Assembly (NCBI GenBank): GCA_038872135.1 | Contig: JAVZGN010000002.1 | Coordinates: forward strand, 1-64,000 | Origin: Candidatus Hadarchaeales archaeon | GTDB lineage: Archaea; Hadarchaeota; Hadarchaeia; Hadarchaeales; Hadarchaeaceae | Length of the DNA stretch: 64,000 bases | Reading direction: 5' to 3' | Shown here: positions 1 through 9,659 of the stretch, one piece after another | Layout of the letters: each line of letters begins with the position of its first letter | Position numbering within the stretch: the first letter of the stretch is position 1 | Notes under the pieces: generated by a model | What the model was told of the DNA's origin: nothing | The model's database searches: none | Seen by the model: only the letters and a program-made list of their open reading frames with translations | Program-made: the position numbers and the translations under genes

Positions 1-129
1 GGTTCCAGCTGTTCTGCCCATGTGTTTCAGAGACTCTCTTTTCTCAAGAATAAGAGGGTTTTGGTTGGAAAAATCTCCGCTTCTTAAGATATTTAAATGC
101 TTTTTCCAAATACCATCGGAGGGAGCTGG

Positions 130-666
130 ATGGGAAAGGTTAAGATTGAGGTTCAGAATATTGTTCTCTCTGTGACTTATGACGGCGTGGAATTTGACCT
201 TGAAAAACTCGCGAGATCTCTGGAAGGTGCAAGATATGACCCAGAGGTCTTCCCGGGAATAGCGTACAAGTCGGAGGATCCATCGGCTTCATTTCTGATT
301 TTCGCATCGGGAAAAATGAACTGCGTCGGGGCAAAGAGCATGAGGGACGCCAAGCTTGCAATCGAGAGGCTGACGAAGAAGCTGAAGAAGACTGGGGCGA
401 GGATAAGGGGTCCGCCAAAGGTTCAGGTTCAGAACATTGTTTCATCGTTTGACTTTGGGAGGGAGTTTGACCTGGAGACAATCGCCAGGACATTCGAGAA
501 TACAGAGTATGAGCCGGAGGTCTTTCCCGGGCTTGTGTTCAGGCTGGATGACCCAAAAGTCGTGGTGCTTCTCTTCGTCTCCGGGAAGGGGGTGTGCGCC
601 GGGGCGAAAAGCATGAGAGACATCGAGAGGGCGGCTAACAAAGTTCTTTCCCTGCTCAAAAAATAA
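130..666 (+). CDS. tbp: TATA-box-binding protein
   Basis: Two repeats of QNIV...Y[DE]PEVFPG...F.SGK..C.GAKS. ATG at 130 chosen; the ORF is open from 97. Confidence 0.95.
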   Translation: MGKVKIEVQNIVLSVTYDGVEFDLEKLARSLEGARYDPEVFPGIAYKSEDPSASFLIFASGKMNCVGAKSMRDAKLAIERLTKKLKKTGARIRGPPKVQVQNIVSSFDFGREFDLETIARTFENTEYEPEVFPGLVFRLDDPKVVVLLFVSGKGVCAGAKSMRDIERAANKVLSLLKK

Positions 667-667
667 T

Positions 668-1747
668 TCAAAAGGCTTCGGTGAGGGCTCTGCACCCCTT
701 CCTGAGAATCAGAAACATGTTTTCCCAGCGGGCACCGCCGATGTTTCTCACATATGCTCCAGGCTCCACGGTTATCACCATTCCCTCCGCCAAGATGTCT
801 CTGGAGTTTGGGGCGAGGCTTGGGGGCTCATGGATGTCTAGGCCGACGCCGTGACCGCAGCCGTGGGGCAGAAATCTCAGAAGCCCTGCCTTCTCAATTA
901 TTCTTCTCGCTGCTGCGTCAATGTCTTTTGCCCCCACTCCGGCCCTGAGGTTTTTAGATGCGGCATCGTGGGCGGCTTTTACTGTCTCAAGGAGTTTTGA
1001 TTGTCTCCTTGTCGGGGAAATCGCAAAGGTTCTTGTCATGTCCGAGGCGTAACCCTTCCAGGTAGCCCCGAGATCCACCACCACAAGTTCTCCTCGCCCT
1101 ATTTTTTTCTGCCCAGCGGTGTAGTGGGGGTGCCAGGAGTTTTTCCCAGAGGCCACGATGGTTGGAAATGGCGTCCCCTCAGATCCTGCTCTCCTCATTT
1201 CCCGCTCAATTTCTCCAGCTATCTCCAGCTCACTTCTGCCAACCGCGATGCTTTCCTCTGCACACCTCATTCCCCTCACGGCAATTTTCGCCGATTTCTC
1301 TAGACAGGCTATCTCTTCCCTTGACTTTATCTTCCTCAAATTGACAACAATTTCCGGAGCTTCCCGGTAGCCGGCGGGGTGAACGGCCTTAAGCTTTTTT
1401 ATGAAATCTCTGGAGGCGTTTTCATATCCCACAGAAAGGGCGCCGATTTCGTGCAGGGATAGTCCTATCAGCTTCCAGAAATCCATGAAATAGACGTTTT
1501 CTCCCGGAGCTTTTGGAGACTCCCAGCTGGAAAAGGCCCTGATGTCGGAAATTGCAGACTCCTCCTTTGCCTGCCAGAACTCCAGCCTGCTGCAGATGAG
1601 GATTGGGTCTCCGTCAGCTGGGATTATTGCAGCTTTTCCGGCACTCGTGAGGGAAAAATATCTCTGAGAGTGAAAGGAGATGTATGCATCCAAGCCTGTT
1701 TTTTCAAGCTCCCTCTTCAGCGCTTTTATCCTCCTGCTGGTATCCAT
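668..1747 (-). CDS. Xaa-Pro aminopeptidase/prolidase (M24B)
   Basis: Metal-binding motifs DLGA..GYASDMTRT, HGCGHGVGLDIHEPP, TVEPGAY and GGARWEN. Confidence 0.9.
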   Translation of the reverse strand: MDTSRRIKALKRELEKTGLDAYISFHSQRYFSLTSAGKAAIIPADGDPILICSRLEFWQAKEESAISDIRAFSSWESPKAPGENVYFMDFWKLIGLSLHEIGALSVGYENASRDFIKKLKAVHPAGYREAPEIVVNLRKIKSREEIACLEKSAKIAVRGMRCAEESIAVGRSELEIAGEIEREMRRAGSEGTPFPTIVASGKNSWHPHYTAGQKKIGRGELVVVDLGATWKGYASDMTRTFAISPTRRQSKLLETVKAAHDAASKNLRAGVGAKDIDAAARRIIEKAGLLRFLPHGCGHGVGLDIHEPPSLAPNSRDILAEGMVITVEPGAYVRNIGGARWENMFLILRKGCRALTEAF

Positions 1748-1826
1748 CGCTACACCTCTCTCCTCACGCTAAAAAATGAGTGGGGTTCAGCAAATCACAA
1801 AAATTCCTGCCCTCTAATTCAGAGGG

Positions 1827-2360
1827 ATGGAGAAGAAGCGAGAGATTGTGCGACTTTATGATGAGACGGCGGAAAAATATGATGCGAGGTATGCGGAGAT
1901 TCAAAGGGGGAAGCTGAGGTATCTTCAGCGGTATCTTCCCAAGAAGATTTCCCGGCTCCTGGATGTAGGATGCGGGACGGGACTTCTGCTGGCTGAGCTT
2001 GAGGAGAGGGCTGAAGAGGCCTACGGTGTGGATCTGTCTAGCGAGATGCTGAAGGTGGCCAGGAAGAGGTGCAGAAAGTCTAAGCTTTTGGTTGCGGATG
2101 CCGAGAATCTTCCATTTGAAGACGGCTTCTTTGACTGCATCGTTTCCTTCACATTACTCCAGAACCTTCCCAACCCTCCTGCAGCCGTGAAGGAGATGGC
2201 GAGGGTCCTTAAAAAGGGCGGGACCGCAATAATAACCTCTCTCAAGCACAAACATTCTCCAGAGGATCTTAGGAGGTGGGCGATGGATGCTGGCCTAACT
2301 GTTGTCGTGTATGGGGAAATGGAAGGGATGGAAGATAGCTTCTGCGTAGGTGTTAAATGA
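1827..2360 (+). CDS. Class I SAM-dependent methyltransferase
   Basis: LDVGCGTG, GVDLS..ML, DAENLPF.D..FD motifs. Confidence 0.9.
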   Translation: MEKKREIVRLYDETAEKYDARYAEIQRGKLRYLQRYLPKKISRLLDVGCGTGLLLAELEERAEEAYGVDLSSEMLKVARKRCRKSKLLVADAENLPFEDGFFDCIVSFTLLQNLPNPPAAVKEMARVLKKGGTAIITSLKHKHSPEDLRRWAMDAGLTVVVYGEMEGMEDSFCVGVK

Positions 2361-2498
2361 CTGAAAACTACCATCACCATGGGAAATGAAGCCGGATAAA
2401 AGTCACGTTTTTGTAGTCATCTATGTTCTTCGGCAATCGTCGAAACCAATTTCAACATTTAACGAGAATTTTAACAGGTGATTTTTGGAAATTTCTCC

Positions 2499-2506
2499 TT
2501 TATAAA
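2499..2506 (+). promoter_or_regulatory. TATA box upstream of the large surface-protein gene
   Basis: TTTATAAA in AT-rich intergenic DNA; SD AGGTGA at 2561-2566 precedes GTG 2571. Confidence 0.5.
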
Positions 2507-2570
2507 CTCTCAAAATGCTTAAATAGGAGGGAAATGAGTGATTTCCGCAAAAAATAGAGAAGGTGATAAA

Positions 2571-5438
2571 GTGAAGTATGGAGCATTGCTAGTGATCGCA
2601 GCCATGTTGATATCGCCGCTTGCGCTGGTGGTATCGGCTGGCACCGTAAGCGCTGCAACAGACATAAGCGTTAGCTTGGATAAGACAAAGGTGAAAGCAA
2701 ACACCGGAGTTGTGCTGTTCATCACTGTGCAGAACACCGGTACCACAGACATTGACAACATTGAAGTAGAGCTGCCGAGCGGCTTTACTCAGGTGAGCCC
2801 AACCAAGCTGATTAGGGCTGACACAGTAGTGTGGAACTGGATCGACAATGTGGTTGTCGTGCCAGCAGACACAATTGTACAAGTTGTAGGAAATAAGGCT
2901 GTCAGATTAGCCGAGAACACTGTGATTACCTTGCTTGCCGGCACTACTGTCTATAGATCTGGCACCGGCTTCTACACTGCACTGAGCACAAATGTTGATG
3001 TCAAGTTGGGAGCAGCGACAACTCCAGCCGTGTCAGAAAACACTTTTGAAAACATCAAGGTTGGGGACAACATTGCCTTCCCTGTGGAAAAGCAAGTAAC
3101 ACTCATCTTTGGTAGTGGTATCAGCAACTTTGACAATACAGTACGGCTGGCCAACGACACCCGAGTTGTGCTGGTAAAAGATAACATATTCAGACTCCCT
3201 GAGAACACTTGGGTGAAGATCATTGGAACAGATAACGCTATTGGCATTTCAGCGGGCGAGAATGTCTTGCTGAAAGTGCCAGAGAATGTTACACTTGCGA
3301 CGACTCTTGCCGACAATCGTGTTACAACAATAGAGGCGAGGAACTGGGGTGGCTTCATAGGTGATCTACCCGCTGACTCTGTCCTTGAGATACCAGAAAA
3401 TGCGGTAGTTCAGCTACCAGTGGGCACAAAAATGGCTTTGGAGAGTCCCCTTGCGATTTCTCTGCAGGAAAACACCTTGGTTATACGACCAAAAGATAAC
3501 CAGTTCACCGCAGCAACCTATGAAAACGAGCCGGACAACTGGGCTCAGTGGGTGAGCGGACAGAGAGTTCAGTGGCAGGGGCTGGGTGCTGACAACAAAA
3601 TCCCTGTAAATGGCTCCCTCGTGTTCCCGATTGCGTTCACCACACCGAACATCAACGATGAAAGGAACTACACAATAAAGGTCAGGGCCAAAGCTAAGGG
3701 TACAACCGCCTATAGTGTTGAGAAGTCCGTCACCCTGATAGTCGACGGCAAGGCCCCAACGCTGGCCATCTCAACCTCAAAGTTCTGGGCAAATGCCAAC
3801 GAGGACATCACCATAACTGTCACGGCCAATGAGCCGCTCGCAAGCCTCGACAACGTAAGAGTCAAAGAGAACAATGGTGACTGGATCCAGCTGACCATGA
3901 GCCCGGCAGACACCGAGAACAAGGTCTGGACCGGGACATACACGACAAGCGACAACGCTGCCAGAGATGGGCAGGCAATAATCCAGGTATGGAATGCCTC
4001 GGATCTCTGTGGCAATAAATCAAACCAGGATAACTGGTTTATGATCGACAGGACTGCTCCAGCAGCGATTAAACTGAGTGATGTAACGGGCTTTCCTGCG
4101 GTCTATAGCACAACTGGCAAGCGCATCACCGACAACAGCCATTACACATTTACCATCTCAATTCCCTACGAGAACTCTGTCCTCGAGCCCGTCAATGGAG
4201 ACAACGTGAGTTCCATCCAAACAGTGAGAATCAGGGTTGGCACAAGCACCACAGACATGGCCCTCATCGGTGGCCTCTGGACGGCTGAAGTAAACCTGCC
4301 GGAGGGCCTCACAGAAATTGGATTCAAGGTGATCGACAAGGCAGGGAACGAAAGCCCTGAGAACGCCGACAATGTCCTCGTGGATTTGACCCCACCATCG
4401 ATCACCATAGAATCCCCAGAGAACGGAGCCCTTCTTAACGACAACACCCCGACCTTCAGGATAATCATAAGCGACGCCACTCTCGGAATTGAAAACAGAC
4501 TTGGATTTAGCCCCGTTGACAACAGCGGGTATACAATCACCCTTTGGAGCGTGACTACTGGAGAGAACCTCGGCTGGCTACGCCCGGTAAGCTACGCTAC
4601 CCTGGACAATGTCTTCACCTGGCAAGCGATAAAGTACTGGGTCTTCGAGAACACCTGGTCGAAAGGACTCGATGGCAACGAGAACAAGTACAGGCTCGTG
4701 GTTGAGGTCGGAGACAACTTCCGCTACGAGAACAAGTGGATAGAGTTCACGATTGACACAGTTCCACCGTCGAAGAACGACATCAGCATCCTCGGCTGGA
4801 CAGGATTGATCGGTTCCCTAACTTCGCCGCAGATGAGCACTAAAACCACATGGCCGATCAGCGGAACGATTCCACCGAAAGAGGTTGGAGGCAAGCTGAG
4901 GATATACGTCAACGGGAGCCTTGTGAGCACCATAGACCTGACATCGACATCCTGGACAGCAAATGTTCCGCTAACACCAGGAACCGCAAACATGATAGAG
5001 CTTCAGCTGGTGGACAGGGCTGGTAACGAGAGCGATAGGCTGCTCTACGGCTACATCCAGCCCGATGCCACAGCCCCGACGGTTACAATAAGTTCTCCAG
5101 CCACCGGCACCGAGACTGACGCCACGGCAATCTTGGTTACAGGCACGGTGACGAAAGACCCATGGGAAAGCTTCAGTGAACTCACCCTGACGCTCCAGTC
5201 AACCACTGGAGGAGCGGTCACGGTCCCGATAGGTTCCGATGGCAGCTTCTCTTGGAGCGTTGCGCTGGGTGAGGGCCTGAACTCCATCACGGTGACGGCA
5301 AAAGACGCCCTAGGGAATGTGAGCGCCCCAGCGACCATCCAGGTGACTCGCAGGGTCACCCCGTGGATGACCTATGCGATAATCCTGGTGATAGTGGCGC
5401 TGATCCTGGCTGCGATCGCAATCTTCAGGAAGAAGTAA
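2571..5438 (+). CDS. Large secreted cell-surface protein (probable S-layer/envelope protein) with Ig-like domains and a C-terminal membrane anchor
   Basis: Signal peptide KYGALLVIAAML...VSA; Ig-like motifs D..P and D.AGN; C-terminal hydrophobic helix followed by RKK. T-rich tract downstream. Confidence 0.8.
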   Translation: MKYGALLVIAAMLISPLALVVSAGTVSAATDISVSLDKTKVKANTGVVLFITVQNTGTTDIDNIEVELPSGFTQVSPTKLIRADTVVWNWIDNVVVVPADTIVQVVGNKAVRLAENTVITLLAGTTVYRSGTGFYTALSTNVDVKLGAATTPAVSENTFENIKVGDNIAFPVEKQVTLIFGSGISNFDNTVRLANDTRVVLVKDNIFRLPENTWVKIIGTDNAIGISAGENVLLKVPENVTLATTLADNRVTTIEARNWGGFIGDLPADSVLEIPENAVVQLPVGTKMALESPLAISLQENTLVIRPKDNQFTAATYENEPDNWAQWVSGQRVQWQGLGADNKIPVNGSLVFPIAFTTPNINDERNYTIKVRAKAKGTTAYSVEKSVTLIVDGKAPTLAISTSKFWANANEDITITVTANEPLASLDNVRVKENNGDWIQLTMSPADTENKVWTGTYTTSDNAARDGQAIIQVWNASDLCGNKSNQDNWFMIDRTAPAAIKLSDVTGFPAVYSTTGKRITDNSHYTFTISIPYENSVLEPVNGDNVSSIQTVRIRVGTSTTDMALIGGLWTAEVNLPEGLTEIGFKVIDKAGNESPENADNVLVDLTPPSITIESPENGALLNDNTPTFRIIISDATLGIENRLGFSPVDNSGYTITLWSVTTGENLGWLRPVSYATLDNVFTWQAIKYWVFENTWSKGLDGNENKYRLVVEVGDNFRYENKWIEFTIDTVPPSKNDISILGWTGLIGSLTSPQMSTKTTWPISGTIPPKEVGGKLRIYVNGSLVSTIDLTSTSWTANVPLTPGTANMIELQLVDRAGNESDRLLYGYIQPDATAPTVTISSPATGTETDATAILVTGTVTKDPWESFSELTLTLQSTTGGAVTVPIGSDGSFSWSVALGEGLNSITVTAKDALGNVSAPATIQVTRRVTPWMTYAIILVIVALILAAIAIFRKK

Positions 5439-5465
5439 GGGGAGAAACGCCCAACCTGCCCCTTA

Positions 5466-5505
5466 CTTTCCCTTTTTATTTTGATTTTCATGTTTTGGGG
5501 TTTTC
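5466..5505 (+). terminator. T-rich archaeal terminator
   Basis: Several oligo-T runs just after the stop at 5438. Confidence 0.5.
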
Positions 5506-5531
5506 CTCAAGGTATGGATTATCTTGAGAAT

Positions 5532-6842
5532 TCATTCGCTCAGTACTTCCCGCAAAATCTCATCTTTAAACAGCAGAAAAGCCCAGAGCGGATAAATTAG
5601 AATTTTTCTATTCCCGATCTCCTTGGATCCAAACTTATCCCAGGTGAGCATGAGGCCGCGATTGAGATTTAATCCCGTAAGTGATTTGACGATGCTCGAG
5701 ATCTCTCGGGTGGATACTTCCGACTTGATTTCAACAGGAATTATGCGCTCGCCCTCAACTAACAGGAAATCTATCTCCCTAGAACCCCTTCGGAAATAAT
5801 ACTTCGCTCCAACTTCGCATCTGAAAAGTGACTCCATGGCTCCCCCACGACCCACCTCTTCAAACTCTACGCCCGAAGCAAAGCTCAACGCAGGAGTTGC
5901 TGGGTAAACTCTCCGGTTTTTCCTAGAAGTCGCCAGCACGCCCGGTCTGAGGTTTGCCACAAGATTCACAAGTAGCGAAAATCGCAGATAATGGGTGTAG
6001 TTCATTATGGTTCTCTTGTTTCGCCCAAGGTCCCTCGCCAAGTTTTCGATGTTCAAAAACATTCCGGGATTTTTGAGGAAGAGATCCCGAAGGATTTCAA
6101 GGAGCTCGATGTCCACGCTGCCGAACTCGAGGGGAATATCCCTGTAAACGATTCGCTCCACAACCGCGGATTTCACATATGCTCTAATTTTTTCATCGTC
6201 CTCTTCCCATAGGAGTTCTGGAAACCCCGCCTTTCTCAGGAAACTGGAGAAAAGCGGCTGGATCTTTCCCGCTAACAGCTCAGCCTCTTCGAATCTCACT
6301 TTCACCCCCTTCATTTCGAGAAACTCCCTAAAAGTCAAAGGTTTCAGCACAAACTCGTAGACCCTTCCGGCTAAGCTCTCCTTCGATCGTTTTGAAAGAG
6401 CGAGTGCGGCGGAGCCCGAGAGGAAGAATTTCAGGTTGGGGTTAAGATCGTAATAAATCTTTACCTTGCTTTCCCAGTCCTCCACCTTGTGAATTTCATC
6501 CAAGAAGATGAACACCCTTTCGCGTTTCTGGAAGTCTCCTCTCAGCACCTCGACCCGGTATGTTTCTAGCACATCCCTGAGATCGGCGCCCCTTTCATCG
6601 AACGAAAAATAAAGGATGTTTTTAGGCTCAACACCTTGGTTCAACAGGTGGTGAATCATCTGGTAAAGGAGAACCGTCTTCCCCACTCTCCTAAGTCCCG
6701 CCAAGAGGATGCCCTGCCTATCAGGGAGGAATTTGAGCAGTTCTGGAAACAGGTAGCGCTTGTACTCGCGATATTGTCTTTTGGGGACTTCTCCTGTTTC
6801 CCACCACTCATTGAATTCGAAAAGTTCCTGCGCTTTCATCAT
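5532..6842 (-). CDS. AAA+ ATPase (AAA_14 + DUF4143, COG1373-like)
   Basis: FNEWW N-terminus, Walker A GLRRVGKT, Walker B FLDEIH, SGSA, ESLAGR, C-terminal EIDF...IPVEIK. Confidence 0.9.
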   Translation of the reverse strand: MMKAQELFEFNEWWETGEVPKRQYREYKRYLFPELLKFLPDRQGILLAGLRRVGKTVLLYQMIHHLLNQGVEPKNILYFSFDERGADLRDVLETYRVEVLRGDFQKRERVFIFLDEIHKVEDWESKVKIYYDLNPNLKFFLSGSAALALSKRSKESLAGRVYEFVLKPLTFREFLEMKGVKVRFEEAELLAGKIQPLFSSFLRKAGFPELLWEEDDEKIRAYVKSAVVERIVYRDIPLEFGSVDIELLEILRDLFLKNPGMFLNIENLARDLGRNKRTIMNYTHYLRFSLLVNLVANLRPGVLATSRKNRRVYPATPALSFASGVEFEEVGRGGAMESLFRCEVGAKYYFRRGSREIDFLLVEGERIIPVEIKSEVSTREISSIVKSLTGLNLNRGLMLTWDKFGSKEIGNRKILIYPLWAFLLFKDEILREVLSE

Positions 6843-7289
6843 AGTTTATTTTAATACCCTAATATTTAAATTTTTAGTGTATTTTTATGCACTAATCAAG
6901 GGAAGATTGGGGTGTTCTATCCGCCACTGGATTGGAATCGTATGATTGCCTCGGGATTTACGAGAAGTGAGAGACTAATTACAGGTGCCTCGCTGAAATT
7001 TGGAGAGGATACCCATGAATAGTGACGACGGCAGGAGAGTAACAACCTAGAGGAGCAACCATATGTTGATGCCGGGCGAGATGGTAATGATCAGGAAGTT
7101 GCGGGAGATGCGCAGATAACTCTAAGAGTACACTTAGCATCGTCCTCCACGTCGGGTAAAAAGGATGTTGAAATCAACTGTGTTATTACTCACCACATTT
7201 CCGCTTTGGATTTATAACTACTGAAATGGAAACAAATCATCATTCGATAAGGTTAAACCCATCAAACAGAAATACTGCCGGGTGAAACC

Positions 7290-9659
7290 ATCAGGCGAGG
7301 ATGGCTGCTACTACCACTTCTCCTTCTCACCGCTCCTGCAGCGGTAGCCCTAGAAGCCCCGTCTCTCTCCATCCCTATAGAAAAAGCCCTCCTGAAAAGC
7401 GAAAATGTCGTCTTCCAATGGACAGTGGTTCCCCAAGCTGACTTCTACCAGCTCCAGTGCTCAACCGACAACTCCTTCACCTCACCAATCACCGTTGACA
7501 ACATCCGTCTAACGTCCACCAGCCTCCTCCTCATGGACGGCGTCTACCACTGGAGGGTCAGGGCAAAAAGGGAAAACGGAGATATTGGCCCATGGTCCCG
7601 GCCCCGCTACTTTATCCTCGATTCAACTCCTCCCCCAGCCCCACTCATCCTCTGGCCTAATAACAATTCCTACCTCAGAGACAACACGATTTCATTTATC
7701 TGGTCCCCCGTGGATGGTGCCTATGATTATCGGTTTATTCTCGACAACGATGAGGACTTCTCCTCCCCCATCCAGAACTTCTTCACTTTCTCTACCTCCT
7801 TCTCCTTCACCCTCTCCCCAGGGAAATATTTCTGGAAGGTGGCCTCAAGGGATTGGCCAAGGAATGAGAATTTTTCACCAGTTTCAACCTTCATCATAGA
7901 CATCTCACCCCCAACCTCTCCCCCTTTGCTATCTCCGGAGAACAACGATAACATAAACACCAAAACTCCAACTTTCTCCTGGGGGGAGTCTGTTGACGGG
8001 TGGGGCGTGAGCTTCTACAGGCTAGTGGTGGACAACCGGGAGGTTAGGGAAACAAGGGGCCTAAGCGATGACTCAATCGAGCTGGCGGAGGGACTTCACA
8101 AGTGGAAGGTGGTGGCGGTGGATCTCGCGGGGAATGAAAACTCCTCCCCGGAGTTCACTTTTTATGTTGACCTGACCCCCCCGAAAGCACCAGACATCAT
8201 TGGGCCAAAAAATGGCGCAGTTCTTCCAACTAAAGGTGTAACATTTGAGTGGACAGAGGTGAGGGACAGAAACTTTCCCACAAACTATGCGCTCTGGATA
8301 GATGAGGACGCAGACTTTTCATCTCCAACTGTGGTAGAGGATATGCAAACCACATTGACGAAAGAGTTCTCATACGGTCGCTACTACTGGAAGGTCTCAT
8401 TCACAAAAGAACTCCCAGATGGACATTACTACTGGAAGGTGAGGGCTGTAGATGATGCCGGAAACAGGGGTGATTTTTCTCAAACACGAACCTTAACTGT
8501 GGACAACACCCCCCCACCGCCTCCACGCCTTCTGTGGCCCCTTGCAAATGTAGAGGAAAACACATTTTCTCCTGTCTTCAGGTGGTCGTCCGTCGAAGAT
8601 ATCACTCCTGTTAAGTATGAAATCCAAATAGCTAAAGACAATGCCTTTTCTTCCCTCGTAGCCACAACGATCACAGAAAACTTGGAAAACAGAACAGAAT
8701 TTCTCCCGGACGGCACCTACTACTGGAGAGTTAGAGCCCTTGACAACTTCAGGGCCGGGGAGTGGTCGGAGAATCTTTCTTTCAAAATAATCTATCGTGA
8801 CTTTTCTATTGTTGTTAGCGAAAGTAGTTTCACGGTGGCGCGGGGAGAAAAAATCTTGGTTGGAATTTCTGGCGTGAAATTCGGCAGCTATGCGGAAACT
8901 GCGACGCTGAGCGCCTCCGGTGGCCCCCCAAACACAGAGTTCACATTTTTTGGCGCCGTTTCCTTCCCATTCGACACCTTCGCGATAATTTACCCTCCCT
9001 CCGACGCCCTTCCGGGAGTTTACACGATTGTAATTACGGCCAAAGACAAAAACCAGTGGATGAGAACGGCGAAGATTTTCCTCAATGTTATCAAGCGCCC
9101 AGACGCCGTCATTTCCCGAATAACCCCAGGTGAAGTAACAACAACCCAGATTTCAAAGCTGGATGTTGCAGAATTAAAAATCGTCTCCTCCGCATTAATG
9201 GAGAACGTCAAAATATATGTGGAAAACGGAGATGTCACTACCCACCCCCATGGCCCGGTCTACTCCTCCTTCAAAATAGAGCACGAAAACCTGAAGGGGG
9301 TAGAATCGGCTGAAATAAAGTTCAGGGTTGACCGGTGGTGGATGAAGAAAAACAAGGTAGATCCGAAGTCCATTACTCTCTGGAGATTCGAGGAGGGGTG
9401 GCAGAAGCTTCCGACAGCCGAGGCCGGAGAAGACGCAACTTTCGCATATTTCTCCGCAACAACACCCTCTCTCTCGACCTTCGCCATAACCTATCAGACA
9501 TCAGAGTTCCCGCTTCTCTGGATCGCAGCAGGGATAACGATGGTTGTTCTTATCGTTGGAATATTTTTCTGGATTAAAGGTGGAGAAGAATTGCCACGAG
9601 AAGGACTACCGAAAACTAAAGAGCGCCCGTCTGCCACGCCAAAGGAAGAGGAGTGGTGA
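7290..9659 (+). CDS. Secreted surface protein with FN3/Ig-like repeats, a PGF-pre-PGF-like domain and a C-terminal TM helix
   Basis: Repeated F.W...Y....D..DFSSP...G.Y.W.V.A.D units; FRV...W...N.VD...I.L.R...GW..LPT...Y.SATTPSLSTFAI; TM helix. The frame extends upstream of 7425 through a signal peptide; start inferred at ATC 7290. Confidence 0.8.
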   Translation: MRRGWLLLPLLLLTAPAAVALEAPSLSIPIEKALLKSENVVFQWTVVPQADFYQLQCSTDNSFTSPITVDNIRLTSTSLLLMDGVYHWRVRAKRENGDIGPWSRPRYFILDSTPPPAPLILWPNNNSYLRDNTISFIWSPVDGAYDYRFILDNDEDFSSPIQNFFTFSTSFSFTLSPGKYFWKVASRDWPRNENFSPVSTFIIDISPPTSPPLLSPENNDNINTKTPTFSWGESVDGWGVSFYRLVVDNREVRETRGLSDDSIELAEGLHKWKVVAVDLAGNENSSPEFTFYVDLTPPKAPDIIGPKNGAVLPTKGVTFEWTEVRDRNFPTNYALWIDEDADFSSPTVVEDMQTTLTKEFSYGRYYWKVSFTKELPDGHYYWKVRAVDDAGNRGDFSQTRTLTVDNTPPPPPRLLWPLANVEENTFSPVFRWSSVEDITPVKYEIQIAKDNAFSSLVATTITENLENRTEFLPDGTYYWRVRALDNFRAGEWSENLSFKIIYRDFSIVVSESSFTVARGEKILVGISGVKFGSYAETATLSASGGPPNTEFTFFGAVSFPFDTFAIIYPPSDALPGVYTIVITAKDKNQWMRTAKIFLNVIKRPDAVISRITPGEVTTTQISKLDVAELKIVSSALMENVKIYVENGDVTTHPHGPVYSSFKIEHENLKGVESAEIKFRVDRWWMKKNKVDPKSITLWRFEEGWQKLPTAEAGEDATFAYFSATTPSLSTFAITYQTSEFPLLWIAAGITMVVLIVGIFFWIKGGEELPREGLPKTKERPSATPKEEEW

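Noticed and set aside
130-666. Internal near-duplicate DNA in tbp (GCAAAGAGCATGAG / GCGAAAAGCATGAG)
   Set aside because: Explained by the known two-repeat structure of TBP.
6900-7250. Open frame of about 60 codons in the intergenic region
   Set aside because: No start codon or SD and no recognisable motif; cannot be supported as a gene.
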